Origin: Amoeboaphelidium protococcarum X5
Taxonomy: Eukaryota > Fungi > Aphelidiomycota
DNA: 64,000 bases
NCBI GenBank assembly: GCA_023515725.1
Contig: JALDTO010000208.1
Location: 373,868-437,867 of the forward strand
Reading direction: 5' to 3'
The position numbers were made by a program, and so were the translations under genes. The notes below the pieces were generated by a model. The model saw only the letters and a list, made by a program, of their open reading frames with translations, made no database searches and was not told the origin of the DNA. Below, piece after piece: positions 25,557-39,589 of the stretch; the first letter of the stretch is position 1, and the number at the start of each line of letters is the position of its first letter.

Positions 25557-25969
25557 TTTAAAAAAGACTGATAGACTGCAATATAATGAAGATATCACGG
25601 CACAGCAATTAAACGAGATATTTTCTGAGCAGTAACAGCCACAGCCACAGAGAGAATGACAGAGAGAGAAAGCCGCCACCAGAAACAGAGAAAGAGAGAT
25701 CAATGTTGCAATCTGATTGGCTGCTCTGCTTAGAGGAGGAAGAAGAAAATCAATCAAAGCCCATCTCTAACCGAAGCGACGCGTTTCAGTGAAGAGAGAT
25801 TATAAATTGCTGGAAGAGATCTCGCTAAGGTTGAAAAAAGTTTTGAGTTAAGTTGTTGCCGCTCAACGCTTTTTCCCAGTAATTGCTCAGCGTCTGTAAA
25901 CTCCTAATTTACATCTCGGCAATTAGCTCTAATATATATACATAGAAACTTACTAAATATATCATCAAT

Positions 25970-26326
25970 ATGAATCCTGAAAAGAACGAGAAGCAAGGTT
26001 ACGAGGAGGAAGTCAAGTCTCACAAGATTAGAATTACTCTGACCTCGCGTAATGTCAAGGCTCTGGAGAAGGTCTCTTCTGATCTGATCAACCGTGCCAA
26101 GGATAAGGAGCTGGCGGTCAAGGGTCCTGTGCGTATGCCTACCAAGACTCTGCGTGTCACCACTAGAAAGTCTCCTTGTGGTGAGGGTACCAACACCTGG
26201 GATCGCTATGAGATGAGAATCCACAAGCGTCTGATCGACTTGAACAGTCCATCTGAGATTGTCAAGTAGATCACTTCCATCGCTATTGAGCCTGGTGTGG
26301 AGGTTGAGGTCACCATCTAGAACTGA
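25970..26326 (+). CDS. RPS20: 40S ribosomal protein S20 (uS10), 118 aa
   Basis: [13 protein letters not shown]...RKSPCGEG...EIVK(TAG=Q)[16 protein letters not shown]. Confidence 0.98.
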
Positions 26327-26462
26327 TTGCTTTGATTAGACATATTACTGGTGCGAGTTTAATTAAATTAGTTGAACTTTGCTAGTCAATACATTCATAG
26401 TGATATTTTTATAGTATCTTTATGTTTTTCATTTTTTTATTTGATTCAGATCTACTTAATGT

Positions 26463-28358
26463 TCATTCATCTCCATCTTGGCTATCGTCAGTCTGAGACA
26501 GTGATGATGCTTATCTTTTACGCATTGATCTAGTCACCATGCGCATAGAAGGAGGAGTTTCCACTGGACGACCAGACTTGGGTGTTTAATCGACAAAGTT
26601 CTCTACTGACGCGCCACGACCCCTTCTTGGATGAGGAGTGCTGTGAACTCTCTATCTCTTAGGACTCTCAGTCTTGCTTCTACCTTCACCTTTACCCTTC
26701 TTTTATTAAGTCTGTTCCTTCTACTACTCGGGAGTACCGGAGGCATCTTCATTCTTCTTCTCAGCATTCAAACTGGTTCTTATAGGCAATCTTTTACGCT
26801 AAGGTAGGGGCTTATCCGGAGAATTAGTGTACGGTCTGACATCCGGAGCTTTTGGGCTGAAATTGTAACCTCCCAGCTTTGTCTTTCTAGGTGGAGATCT
26901 GGAGGGACTTTTACGGCCAGGAAAAGATGAGGATCCGGCTGACGGCTAAGACAGATCTAATTATTATACGGGACTAGACGTTTGCTACAACTCGGAGATT
27001 TTCTTCACCGCCGGAGACTTAAATTTGGCACTGAGATGCAGAATAGTATCCCCATCAAATTACTGTAAATCAGACTTGACCTCAGTTTCCACCATATCAC
27101 GTTCGGAATTAACATCATCACGCGACAGCTTAGCAGGAGATTGACTGCGAGTGACGCGTCTAGTAGAAGATTGCTACTACATAGCTGGCGACGAGGTACC
27201 CAACAGCAAAGAGTTTCCAATCTTTCGAGGAGATTTGGAGCCGCGACTAGGAGATTTTCTAACAGACTTGGTAGCACTTAATTACTCAATATCGCCTACA
27301 GTCTATTGATTTTCCACCAGCAAGGAATCATCATCATCGCCCTCAACGACAGTCTACTCATTCAAACCATCCAATATCTAACTACTTTCCTGAGTCTAAA
27401 GTTCCGAGGAATCATCTACTTCAGGAATAGACTATTACTGCATTTTAGCACTACTGTTGACCATTCTAAGCTTCTTACGTCCAGACTTACTGAATATCTC
27501 ATCGCTCTTATTGATTCTATATGGCTATGATGAAGACGACTTCCAAAAGGAGGGAATTATAGAAGATAGTGAATGGAACGGACTCTTCCATGATGAAGAA
27601 TCAACTGGTGGAGCTTTACTGTAGTCATGACTATTAGCCTCTTACACAACTTCCAACTACTCCTATTTCTTTGCATCAATGGCTGACGGAGTGTTGAAAT
27701 CGTTGACAACTTCCTCCTCCTCATCATTGTATTAGTTATCCTCCAAATCAGAAGGTAAATTACGCTTAGCCTGTTAACGGCGTTATTTAGGCGTGCTACC
27801 TTTCTAAGCAGAATGAGAAGAACTCTTTAATGCACTTGAATTACCAATATCTGACTAAAGTTGCAGTTTAATATCATGAGCAGATTGATTGTTGACACTG
27901 CGGGTATCAACCACTTTTCGTGATAATCCCAGAGGATTAACACTTAGATCCGCCTATTAGACATCTTTGCCACGAAGCCATATCAGAACTTACTCATAAT
28001 CCTTACTCTTAACATCCACGTTAATCATCGACTTATACTTGCAATCCCAATCCATACCATTAGTCTCTGCAACTATACCAGCATTCTGCATCAGAAACCG
28101 AAGCGTACCAGTCACGTTAAGTGCTCCATCAACAAGCTTAGTGTAATCATTCCGGTAGATACCTATGGCTTCCTCGATAAAGTCACAGAGCAAACATAGT
28201 TCAATCAGATTCTTAAGAAGTCTTTAATCTTTCAACGTACTCGCTCTCAAAGCAGCAATGTGTTACTATGTCAATGAGCCTTACGACTTTGTCAACAATC
28301 TGATCCTATTATCCGAGAATATGGCAGCAATTTACTTTTTATAATCCTCCATATTCAT
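26463..28358 (-). CDS. Unknown protein: helical N-terminal ~170 aa plus long S/T-P-rich basic disordered tail (631 aa)
   Basis: Open ATG-TGA in code 6, includes ORF 27990-28193; many SP/TP sites. Confidence 0.7.
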
Positions 28359-28694
28359 TAAAAGATGAATAATACAATTCCGGAATCAGAAATTGTAATT
28401 AGAAGTGATAACTTTAAATATTAGTACTTGGGTAAAGTGTAAATAGTGAATGGAAATACTAGCGTTCGACCAAGAAGAGATTCAATTGGCGGCGGGAACG
28501 AACGAAAGCTTTAAACGGCAAAGAGATCGCGCTTGTCAAAGCTTTAAAAACGATTCAAGACGAGATCCGAAACAGTCAGGCGCTTTAACTAGCAACTTCA
28601 TCGAGAGTGAAACAGCCATAAAGGCAATGAAACGCGATAGAAAGTAATGCACAATTTTCCAGTACTTTACATAAATTACTTTGGCGCAATACAA

Positions 28695-29680
28695 TCATTG
28701 GGTGCGATCATCACAGAATTTAACCACCATACAGGAGATGTTATCTGTGCAATCGTTGGCTAGTGCGTGTTTCATCAATGCTTCTGCACAAAGCTGAACG
28801 TCTTATCGCTAATCCTCTGCTGATTCTACGGATGTCTTGTAATCCGCAAAGAATTTTTATACAAACTCCACCACTTCTTAATCGGTCATAACATCCCACA
28901 GACCATCACACGCCAGGACCATAAAAACATCGGTACTACTCAATGCAACCTGCGCAGTATACGGTGCAGAAGTGACCAAATCTTTCATCGATGCATCACC
29001 CAATGCTCTAGTAACAGCCAGACATCCTACAATTTGAGTTAAATATCACATAATCAGAATCGTGTTCACAATAATCACTACAACCATACCGTTAACTCGA
29101 TTGTTCATTATAAATCCACCAACGTCAATGATTCGCTTCATTTCTTGAGGATCACTACCTTTGTGATCATAAGTTAACCTCAATGCTTTGCCATTGCGAC
29201 CCAACACACATCTTGCATCTCCAACATTGGCCACGTACAACACTCTCTACAGTATTCTCATCATTACAATCAATTCATCAGAAGTAAATATCAAGAGAGA
29301 ACGTATACCTTTTCGGAGCCAGCAACATTCTTCTCTGTCCGGAGATATGATACCACCGCAGTACATCCAGAGTCCAATGATCCTTGACGGCTCTCACCGC
29401 GAAAGTGATCGTCCGTGCTGACAAAAGTTCGAAACAAAACCTCTTGCACTGGAGCATCCTGGAGCACATCAAGATTGCCTTTCAGGTGGTCATGTAGATT
29501 ATTGCCGCACCACTCAGCAGCGGCAGCTCCAGCATGTCCGTCAAATATGGCAAAGTAACCGTCACCCTCCACCCCGCCAAAGTCATATACGAAGCTATGA
29601 CTGTCTTCCATTGTTCGTCTACAACGGCGATTCATATCTTCAGCGACGCCAACTCTAAAATCTTTTGCAGCACTCAGCAT
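28695..29680 (-). CDS. PTC1: PP2C phosphatase Ptc1-like, two introns
   Basis: [65 protein letters not shown]. Confidence 0.92.
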
Positions 29681-29999
29681 GTCTTTTATTATTACAGATG
29701 GCCTAGGCGGATTAAAATTCTTAGTGAGTAAAATTCAGTCTAAATTTATAGCGTGATACAAGTACAGTGCGTTAATTCCCTGAGTAAAAACAAGGTAACA
29801 AAAATCAACACAAATGATCACTGTACTCGACTATTGTTTCGGGCGCAAGTGGACAAAAAATGAATGAAAAACAACGGAGAAACACATGAATGATTAACAC
29901 TATGAGATTGACAGCACGAAAGCTGAGTCATCATCATGTCTCATTGTTTTACTTCTGGAAAACAAACTGAACAAAATATGAGCTGATGAATTCATACTA

Positions 30000-32145
30000 T
30001 CACTATTCTTAAGAATCTTGAGAGTGCTATTGGCTGTACATCTTGTAGAATTCGCCGCGTTTACTGAGTAATTCCTCAAAAGATCCAGACTCCAAAATAA
30101 CACCACCCTTACCCATCACTATGATTCGATCTGCTTTCCGAAGTGTGCTCAGTCTATGGGCGACAATTAGTACAGTCTTACCATTCATCACATGATCCAA
30201 CGCCTTCTATACAATATGTTCACTTGTTGAATCAAGAGCTGACGTGGCCTCATCAAGGATTAAAACTCTCGGATGTTTGATCAAGGCTCTCGCTATTGCA
30301 ATGCGTTACTTCTACACTATAACAAATGGTATATATACAAATTTTCGAGTGATACACTCAGAAGCAACTTACCTGACCGCCTGATAAAGCAACTCCGCGC
30401 TCACCAACAATAGTCTCATATTTATCTGGAAATGACATTATAAAGTCATGTGCATTAGCCTACTTGCAAGCATCTTTGACATCATCTATGGACGCATTTT
30501 GATCTCCATACCTGACATTGTCCAGAATAGTCCCACTGAATAGCGAAGGCTCTTGGTTAATATATCCCATAGACTGACGCAAAGATAGTGGGTCAATGTC
30601 TTGGATACTCTGTCCATCAATCAGCACCTGACCATCGGTGGAATCATAGAACCGTTCAACTAGTGCAGAGATGGTAGACTTCCCTATGCCACTCTGGCCA
30701 CAGATTCCAACAATTTCACCTGGCCTCACGGATAAATTAAAATTTCTGAGAACTTGAGAGTCTGGTCGGCTAGGATAGTGGAAGGATACGTCTTAGAATT
30801 CTATTGAACCTTGAATATCCTACAACACTTTACCGCCCCTAATCGGTATAGTTGGCTGATTCTGAATAGTCTCAACGATGGACTGGAAGCAACCAGACGC
30901 CTTCATACTTTAAGCCAAAAGCAGACTGAGAGAATTAAGAGTCTTTTACGCGTCTTGAATTGACAGAAGGTAAGACATTAGATCACCGGCCGTCATTTCG
31001 TCTGCAACTACAGCAACTCCGCCATTGTGCAATACGGAAAGCACCACAAATCCAATACCAAAGTGGATAATGCCTTGAAACACGCCAATATTGAGGCCAA
31101 GCAGTTCATTATATAACTATACAGAATTCAAAGAGTCGGCGTACTTTTGCATCTCAAACTCTTCATTGGCGAACGAACGTACGGTTCTGATATTGGATAA
31201 AGCTTCATTGGCCACGGTGACACTGCGAGCTTCTTCATCTTTACATTTCCTACCTAATCGTCTTAGGTACGAACCATAAAATGACAAAATAAGCCAGCCA
31301 GAACCAAGAAGAGCAAATACTTGAGTACTGAGGGAATAAGATATGGTCCACAGCTTCACGATATTAGCTGTCAACTAAATGCTATTTTTCAATCCTTGGC
31401 TGATTAACAGTTTGAACGCATGCTTAAAGTCTTGAACGTCCTGTTACAGAATTTAGATAAATTGCTAGACAGGCACCGAGTCAAAAGTCGATATATCCAT
31501 AGATATGAGAGATTGATACAGAGATGCCTTTAATCTTGACGCCAACCTCTCTCCAAGCATAGAGACTAAAGCAATGTATCCAAACGTCAAAACTCCTTAC
31601 GCAGCGAATAGACTAAACAACTTGAGAACTGGATATCTAACATCAATTAAAAACTATTTCCATAACACGGCTGCCACTTGTCCTTGCCGCAGAAATTACT
31701 AAATCAGCGACACTATCCCACCAATTTACACGGGAATCCATACGTTCACAGTAGCAGTCACGATCGCTGTTAACACGACCCCACCCACTAATAACCATTC
31801 GCTCCTCAATAGTTTCCAAAATTCAGTCCAATTACTATCTCTAGTTATTGTTGTCGATACTTTTTCTACTATTGAAGGAATTATAAGACTATTTTCACTG
31901 TCAACTTTAAGGTCACTAGAGATTGAAGAGGTGATTTTAGCCTAGAGAGCCTAAGGGCGATCACCAATTTAAAACCCCTCAATGCGAGTCATATCCACAT
32001 TGCATAATGATGGAAGACAATATGCACCATAACCACGAGTACTCAGACTTTAAATCTACATTTATCCAAGACATCTAAAGAGTGTCCTTTGAGTCGACAC
32101 CACTGACCTGGTGGTTAAGCTCGAAAATCGCCCAAATTAGATCAT
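30000..32145 (-). CDS. ABCB8: Mitochondrial half ABC transporter ABCB8-like; intron 30312-30372
   Basis: Basic presequence; [31 protein letters not shown], Walker [16 protein letters not shown](TAA=Q)[18 protein letters not shown]. Confidence 0.9.
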
Positions 32146-32266
32146 CTTTTCACTATGCGATGATGAAAGATGAAGAGAAATAGTCATAGAATTCAAACAC
32201 TTGAAATGATAGACATATATTACAAAAAGGATTCATCATGGATACTATTTACAAAAAATGAGAGGT

Positions 32267-33599
32267 TCAATAGTTGGGCAGTTCATAGCGCGACAATGGC
32301 AGTGAGTCTCGACGATCATAGCTCACTGGCTTTCTAGCAGTTGATGACTAGCCTCGTTGGCTCACCATTGTGGACGTCTTTTGCTCTAGTTCATTGTCGT
32401 AATTAACAAAGCTGCCATCATCAGTATAGAACAAATCATTCATTTGGACGAAGGAAGGCCTTGTCGGCTATTTACTTCTGGATGGCGGTGGCAGGGTGTG
32501 AGACTTGGGAACTGATCGCTGAGCCACGTATGTCTAAGGACCAAACAGATAAGCCTGCTGCTTGTTGTTAGAGTAAAACAATGCATCTTCGCGGATCTCT
32601 TGGTCAGTTGGCTTCTTCTTGCCGCCCATAGATGAAAAGAGCCCCACTGCAGCAAGAATATATCCCACTGTCGCCAAATTGATGATTCCCAGGCCATATA
32701 TCAGCAAGATCAAATACAGATTCTGCAATGGACTCGTATGCCGCTGCTGGACAATAAAAGATTTTTGGCCCGGCTGACGCGTAACTGCTATAGTGGTGTT
32801 GGGATAATCTTCATAGTAGACAGAGTTTGCATTTTATGGTGTTGCATAAACAGTCCAATTGCCTAGTGACTTGCCTGCCCCCATGTATTGTGAGACAACA
32901 TCCCAACATCCTCTGATATTGACCAAGTTGCCGTCCTTACCTGTGACATTGACATTGCTCCATCCAGGTGTAGACGTGGTTGGACAGTGAGCAGAGTCAG
33001 TGGCTCTATCGCCTCGCCAAAAGAAGCCACAACATTTGAGCTCATCCTAGATACGACTTATTTAGATGCTTGATACAGAGTCCCATAGCGAGTTTGATAT
33101 GGTTCTCACGTTGTTCGGTGGCAGATAGGTACCGTCCCATCTACTGACCGTAACCGATTGATGCATCAGAATAGAGGCTCCAGTAAAATAAGTGACTGCC
33201 AGAGAGAAACAAAGCACGTTCATGGTGTATAGAGTCATTAATGCAGTGTTCTTCTTTGACCAGTTGACTGTCATTTGTTTGAAGTAGTTTTCACTCACGA
33301 TAGAGTCGAGAGCTGAGGATGACATGAAACCACACAGAGCAGCAAGCATCTGAATAGGAAATAAGATTAGAATCACTACAAACCGTGATTATTAATCGAT
33401 ATGGATTAGAGGATAAGAGTTTAAACTTACCAACTATGACAGAATCTATGCGAAGAAAGTAGCTATCATATGAGTTTGGCATTCCTTGAGTGTAGATCTG
33501 AGGAACCCGCCCGGTCCATGTCATGAGCACGATGGCAAGAGTGATGAGAGCCAATGCTATAATTGCATGCAGCACAGCGAAGATACTTACGAGACCCAT
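32267..33599 (-). CDS. Tetraspanin with long cytosolic C-tail (425 aa); intron 33376-33430
   Basis: Three N-terminal TMs, large loop with LWD...IQDELKCCG...C...RGC, then a fourth TM. Confidence 0.8.
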
Positions 33600-33962
33600 A
33601 TCGCTCGCTCGCTATAAACTCTTGATAACTTGAAAGTTTGATATCAATTGACAATGAAAAGAGCCGTGTGTGTGTGAGAAGGGCAAGGGGATGCGAACAC
33701 TGTCAATACACAAAATTCCCAATTGTTTTGAAACAATCACGATCATTGTTTTAAAACGGTTGACGCGACGCTCCTCGCCTGTTTCAGATTCGGTTCATTT
33801 CACTATTTTATCAACGTGTCCTGCATTTTGTGCCATTTCACATTTATATTTCTTTCTCTTACACTTTTACACTCTCTTTACTTTACATAACTAATTGATA
33901 ATTGTGGACGTCGAGTTTGTATTCTGTTCAAGTGTTAAAGACATTTAATAATAATAATAAAG

Positions 33963-34490
33963 ATGACTGTTAAATAGAATCTGGAAATCAAGAGTTAGAG
34001 CACATACTCGAAGTCTGATACGGTCAGTTTTGCCTCTTCGTAACAAGTTTCAACCTCTGTGGACAGTGCGCAGGTGTCTGAAGATTAAGAGATATCATTG
34101 CAGACTACCGAGAGTGTGGACATTGAGGATGTGGAAGAGTCACTCGCTGCAGATGATGACTAAGAAGATGAATAATATGAAGACTGTGAGAAGTAGCATC
34201 AAGAGTAAAGTGACACTAATAGTAGTCTGTCCCCAGCAACAAAGGCTTAAATTAAAAAGTTTGTCAGTAGCATATACTATTCCGAGAGATATCGAGACTC
34301 TGAGTTTGAGTATCGCCATGTAATCTTGCCAAAAGAGTATTATAATCACTACATTGACGATCAGTTTAAAGACCGCTTATTATCAGAAGAAGAGTGGAGA
34401 AGCCTGGGTATACAGTAAAGTCTTGGATGGATCCACTACGAACTGCACAAGCCTGAACCTCACATCCTGCTGTTCAAAAGGGACATTTGA
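33963..34490 (+). CDS. CKS1: CDK regulatory subunit Cks1 with acidic N-terminal extension (175 aa)
   Basis: IYYSERYRDSEFEYRHVILPK, LLSEEEWRSLGIQ(TAA=Q)SLGWIHYELHKPEPHILLFKR. Confidence 0.95.
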
Positions 34491-34586
34491 ACTTTACGTG
34501 AATCGTTATAAAATGAAGAATTTAAAATTGAAAAATAATGATTATGCGCCATTTATATATCTGGTAATTACACCGAAACTGTATAA

Positions 34587-35372
34587 TCACTTCTCAGCGA
34601 CCCAAGCGCTAACATTCTCCAACCAAGAGTAATATTCATTATCGTTCTTCCAAAAGGCCAAGTCCAAAACAATCTCTGCCAACTCCTTGTCGAAACCCAG
34701 ATCACTCAGGTGCAGTGCAAACTTGTCCTGAACATCAAAATCTAGTTCATTATAATCTGGGCCCAAATAAGTCTTCTCCTCCTCCGCAGTATTATCGGCA
34801 ATCTTCTTGTCAGCATAAAACTTGATATCATTCAAAAAGTAATCTTGAGAGTCGTTCAAAGTAACTTCGAAGCGCATCAGGCCATTGGTATTCTTCTTGG
34901 TCAAATCAATCGTCATCTGAACCTCGGAATAGTCTTCACTTTCAAACTCTTCATCCTGATCCTCATCCACAGCACTAACGTCTTCCTCCTCGTCAGCATT
35001 GTAGGATACGTAGCAATTGACCTTCACCTTGATGTCCTGATTGTCCACAGTCTTGGACAAGTACACGAACGGGGAACCAACGTCATTCTACAACTTCCAG
35101 TCATTCTTCTTCAGATATTACTGAATCTCTTTGGTCAACTTGGTATGATCACCCTCATAACTCTCGGTCAGGTCCTATTCCTCATGAGCCAACTCGTCCT
35201 TCAACACCTCTGACAATGAGCGGGAGTCCTCCACGGCATCAGTATCATCTTGAGGAAATGCACGTCTAGCGGATATGCTCAGACGCGCCATTTGTGTAGC
35301 TGATGATAGTCTCACATGAGATGGATTAACGATACGTCTGGTAACCATTCTCTACGAAATTCTCGCCAACAT
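34587..35372 (-). CDS. MAM33: Mitochondrial acidic matrix protein Mam33/C1QBP (261 aa)
   Basis: Arg-rich presequence; YLGPDYNELDFDVQ...KNDNEYYSWLENVSAWV. Confidence 0.88.
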
Positions 35373-35585
35373 AATAATTAGTTGATTGTTGATTATGAAG
35401 ATAACGGAGTAAATTTAGGACAGGTAACTACTGGGTAAGACAAACTTAATACGGGGAATGAAAATGAGTCAAAATATACGCGATTTTAAGTCCCTTACTG
35501 TGGTGAAGGAAAGTCGGACGCGACGCGTTAAAGAGCGAACCTTAACGCCCATCTTTCTTTTCTCATCACAACTAAAAATGTCTGC

Positions 35586-37400
35586 ATGAAGAGATATATT
35601 AAGTCGAGTAGTCGCCTGCATTCTAATCGTGCGGATAGAATGATGTGTGCGCACTACAATGACATCAAGTGGGCCGACAACACACACACCTAAAGGTTCA
35701 CTTAAGTTATCTGATGGACATTTTTTTTATTTTACTCACGATATTTCTCACAATATTGAGCGAATTAGGAACTACAATAGATTTTCACCGCCTACCAGAC
35801 TGTTGCGCACGGAATCTGTGCTTATAGCTTTGCGCATCTGCTGTAAGTCTTTAATCTTGTGCCGCAGTCTTAAACTTTCTTATATATATTGTCTGATCAT
35901 TCCGCCCTGTTCAGAGCTAGGCTGTTACAAACTGTCTACCAGAGTAAATGAATAGCGGGCTATTTACATGTGGGTAGATTATAGGCTTCATTATCGTTGA
36001 TATCTGTTATATAATGATCAACTCTGCACGTCTATATATTCTCTTGGTCGCTGTCCTTCAACTCTACATCTACCTACAAGCGCTGAAATAAACGCCGTTG
36101 ATGATCAGGGAAAATATGGCTCTGCTTTGGTATTTACATCAATATCTATGGGTCGTGTAGTCTCTTTGCTGTTAAGTTAGGCGCGTAGTTTGAAGTGCTG
36201 GGGACTGCAAGTTGGCTAAGTATAATCCTAATACACTCTTTTTTCCCCGAGTCTTGGAAAATCTACTTAATAGCGGTTGAAGCTGAAGGTAATAGTACAG
36301 TATACTGCAGAGTTACATCCTAATATCCTGCTATCTTGTGAGTACTAAAGCGCATCATTCGAGTTATTAATCGCCATTGTGATTCAATTTGAGAAGTATG
36401 CTTGTATCGACAATCTTCGCCAATGAAGCACTAATCGATCAGCTCTTTGAATGCTCTGCTCTATCCCTGTTATTTAATGTAAGCTGGTAGCTGATCGATC
36501 TAATTAGTTGATTTTACAGTAGCATGCAGTTTACACGGCGGTTCCTGTGAATCTCTTGCCGCGTAATTTAATTGAATCGTATTGTAATCAGCCGGTGACA
36601 TTTTGCTCTGTACACGCCATCAAGTTGAGAATGAATGGTAATCAGTCTGGCTAGTTCAAGATCCAATTGCCAGCATTACAGTACATTCTTTACTAAGAAA
36701 ATCTACAAATTCGGATCAAAATACAATGTCCTAAGTTGCTAGTGTATCGATACATAGTTTCTTGTCAAGTTCGCGAGAGAGTTTTTTACTATCTGGTTAA
36801 TTTTAGAACAACTATTTTCTGTAATCCTTGCTTAGTACGTACTGTAGAATGAAATTTTTTCGAAATGTTAACGCGTTATAGCCCCTCTACTGTGTCAATT
36901 CGACGGGAGAGACGACGCAGGTTGGATATACTAAAATCAGAAAAAAATAGAAAAGCTCTTCGTGCTGAGCACTGCGAGTGATTCGAAAAATGACCACATA
37001 TATTTGTATATCGCGGAGGACAGGTTCTCTATGCCAATTGTAAACGTAGAGAGTTAAATTCCGCTGTTGATCTAGTCCTCCTTAAGCGTTAGATATTCAT
37101 GAGTATCGAATACCTAACGACTCGAGGAGGACAGGTTTTGATTAATGAGGAAGAGAATCTATCAAATGATTTTGAGCGTTTTTATTGGTCCGAGTATCAG
37201 CGATCAACCTTAGCTGATTTCACGCGCCGTGTTCCGAGACAATAGATTTCCTGATTATCTTTCATGATATTATTCATTTCGATGTACAACACAATGTTAG
37301 AAATTAAAGATTGATACATAACGGAAGGATTTTTTTCAATTCCTTTGAATAGGCTATGCTTAAGTTCTATCCTAAGTGAACTCCGCACTATGTGATATCA
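35586..37400 (+). pseudogene. Probable degraded gene(s) or unresolved multi-exon gene
   Basis: Coding-like stretches (e.g. one frame 35647-36852) broken by TGA at 35998, 36424 and 36448, with apparent frame switches; no motif recognised. Confidence 0.3.
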
Positions 37401-37568
37401 CGTTTATTGATAATGAGTGCTTTTCACGACATGATGTTTAGGGGCCTATAGTTTTCTGTTACATCAACCATTTCAACACGATATTGTAGCATCTTTTGTA
37501 TTTCTATTACGAAATTTTACTAAATAATATCAGATCAATAATCTTTTACATCAATAGCTTTATTTAAG

Positions 37569-38435
37569 ATGGGAAAAGTCGTTGCCATCGTGGATTCTTC
37601 TTATGGCAATCAAAATCGAGACTAAAATAAAATGTCATTGAGTAAACATCATTAGTTGAAAGGCACTGGGATGAATTCATCCACATATCAGCTGGATGAT
37701 TCCAAGGCTAAAGTCATCTATTTTGTGCGGCATGCTCAGGCCATGCACAATGTGGCGCCGTTTGATTTCTCTATACCTGATCCTCGATTAACGGAGAAGG
37801 GAGTTTCTTAATCTCTAAATTCCATCAAGTAGTCCTTTTCAGTGGATGAACTCGCCAATGTTCAGTTGATTGTCTCGTCTCCTCTTAGAAGATGCCTGCA
37901 GACTGTGCAGAATGCTTTTGGTCGTATGATATCGTGGTCAGCTTGCAAGTTTGAATTGTGGGCTGATTTGCAAGAGACTGGGAATGTGCCCTGTGATACT
38001 GGAAGTGCATCTGAGGATTTGCGCGGCGAATTTCCGTCTTTGGAAGATTAAATTAACGCTCTTCCCTTGAATTGGTATATGAAACAGAGTTTTGATGCTG
38101 AAGTTCCATAGCTGCAGCTGAGAGCTCAGAAAGTCTTACAAATGCTGTTTGATCGACCTGAGCGAGTGATCACTGTATGCACTCATAATGGATTTTTGAG
38201 ATACCTCGTCGGACATGACTTGTGGACTAAGCGTGGAAGGTAGTTGAATGGTTTTCTCAATGGAGAGATGAGACGGTTAGTTCTGACGCGTGATGATATA
38301 TCCGGAAAGGTTGTCGTCGTTGACGGTAGTGAGTAGGTGACTCAGTTTTCATAATCTACCGAAAATCTTCGCATTGGCCGCATTGAAAGCAACTCGATTA
38401 TGGAAGAAGTAGCACAAGTTGGGTACTTAGATTGA
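37569..38435 (+). CDS. Histidine phosphatase / phosphoglycerate mutase-like protein (288 aa)
   Basis: YFVRHAQAMHN, DPRLTEKG, VSSPLRRCLQT, LQE...PCDTGS, VCTHNGFL. Confidence 0.92.
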
Positions 38436-38597
38436 TTATGCAGTTTGTTATACAGTTTGATATATTATACTTTACATTTAGCTCATTTTGCTTTCCTTTT
38501 CATGGTAGTGATTTTCGCCCTCTTTCAACTTTTGATCACATACGAAAAGCGAAAAGTGCGCACAGTGATGATAAAGTCTAGTGGTAATATAAACAGA

Positions 38598-39539
38598 ATG
38601 TTTCGCGTTTAAAAGCGGTTCTAGTCGACGAATGGTCCTTAGTCTGTGCTCAATGATATTGCGTCTTCATTTTAAAATACTATCACAAATATGCAGGCAT
38701 CCGTCAGTGCAGAAATGTAATCGTCATATGGAGCAGTCGCGTAAAGCCTCGCTGAGATGGGACAGCTGTTGAATTCTTCATCACTTTTAATTGGTGGAGC
38801 CGGACTGTGTATCGCCTCTCTGCCTGTATTACTGGGAGCTAGAAAGTATCATGGAGCTATCAATAGATATCACGACTACGATTCTTGGTATAAAATGTCT
38901 TAGTATGCCTAATCGGGTGAGAAGATCAAGTTGACCATTCCCGATCGCGTACTGAAATTCTCTCAATGGATAGCTGATCCCAAGAGAAAGCATGTGCTTA
39001 AGAATAGCGGCATGGAAACTGATTATAATAAAGTTATAATGCCGTATACTATTGTGCAATGGGCTACTCCTTTTGCTGCGAACCTGGTGATAAGCGCCGG
39101 GTGTAGGTGGATGTCAGACGCGAACGCTGCCGACTTGGTGTCGTTTACATCAGTCGGAGGATCGCCTGTTTACTTCGCGGCATCGGCTTTGATAATGTGG
39201 AATAATATACAATTATTGAATAGAATCAAGATGCAAGAGGAAGCACTCCCTGTTTTAAAAACGTTTTACGGGGCCTTTGGCTTGGTGAGTGTTTTGATGG
39301 CTTAGAGTTATTATGCGAACGCGTTATTTATGGCTACCTACGCGCTCACTGAGAGTATGTGGCATCGTGCACTTTATAAAAGTCCTAGAATGGCTAGAGT
39401 TGTGGGAAGGTCTTTGAATGTGCCTTTGCTTAAAGATTTCCAGGCGGAAAAGGTACCAATAGTGCCTCTCAAATCAAGTTTACAATTACTTAAGGAAGCA
39501 TTTCAGTATAACAAGTCTGCTCAAGTGATCAAATATTGA
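38598..39539 (+). CDS. Unknown, probably mitochondrial membrane protein (313 aa)
   Basis: MFRVQKRFQST presequence-like start; several hydrophobic segments; joins ORFs 38931 and 39330 in frame. Confidence 0.65.
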
Positions 39540-39589
39540 AATATTAATCGATTTACATCCTTTATTTTTGTATTATATGAGCATTCTTG

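Noticed and set aside
35998-36450. In-frame TGAs as selenocysteine
   Set aside because: No redox motif context, no selenoprotein homology and no visible SECIS; decay is simpler.
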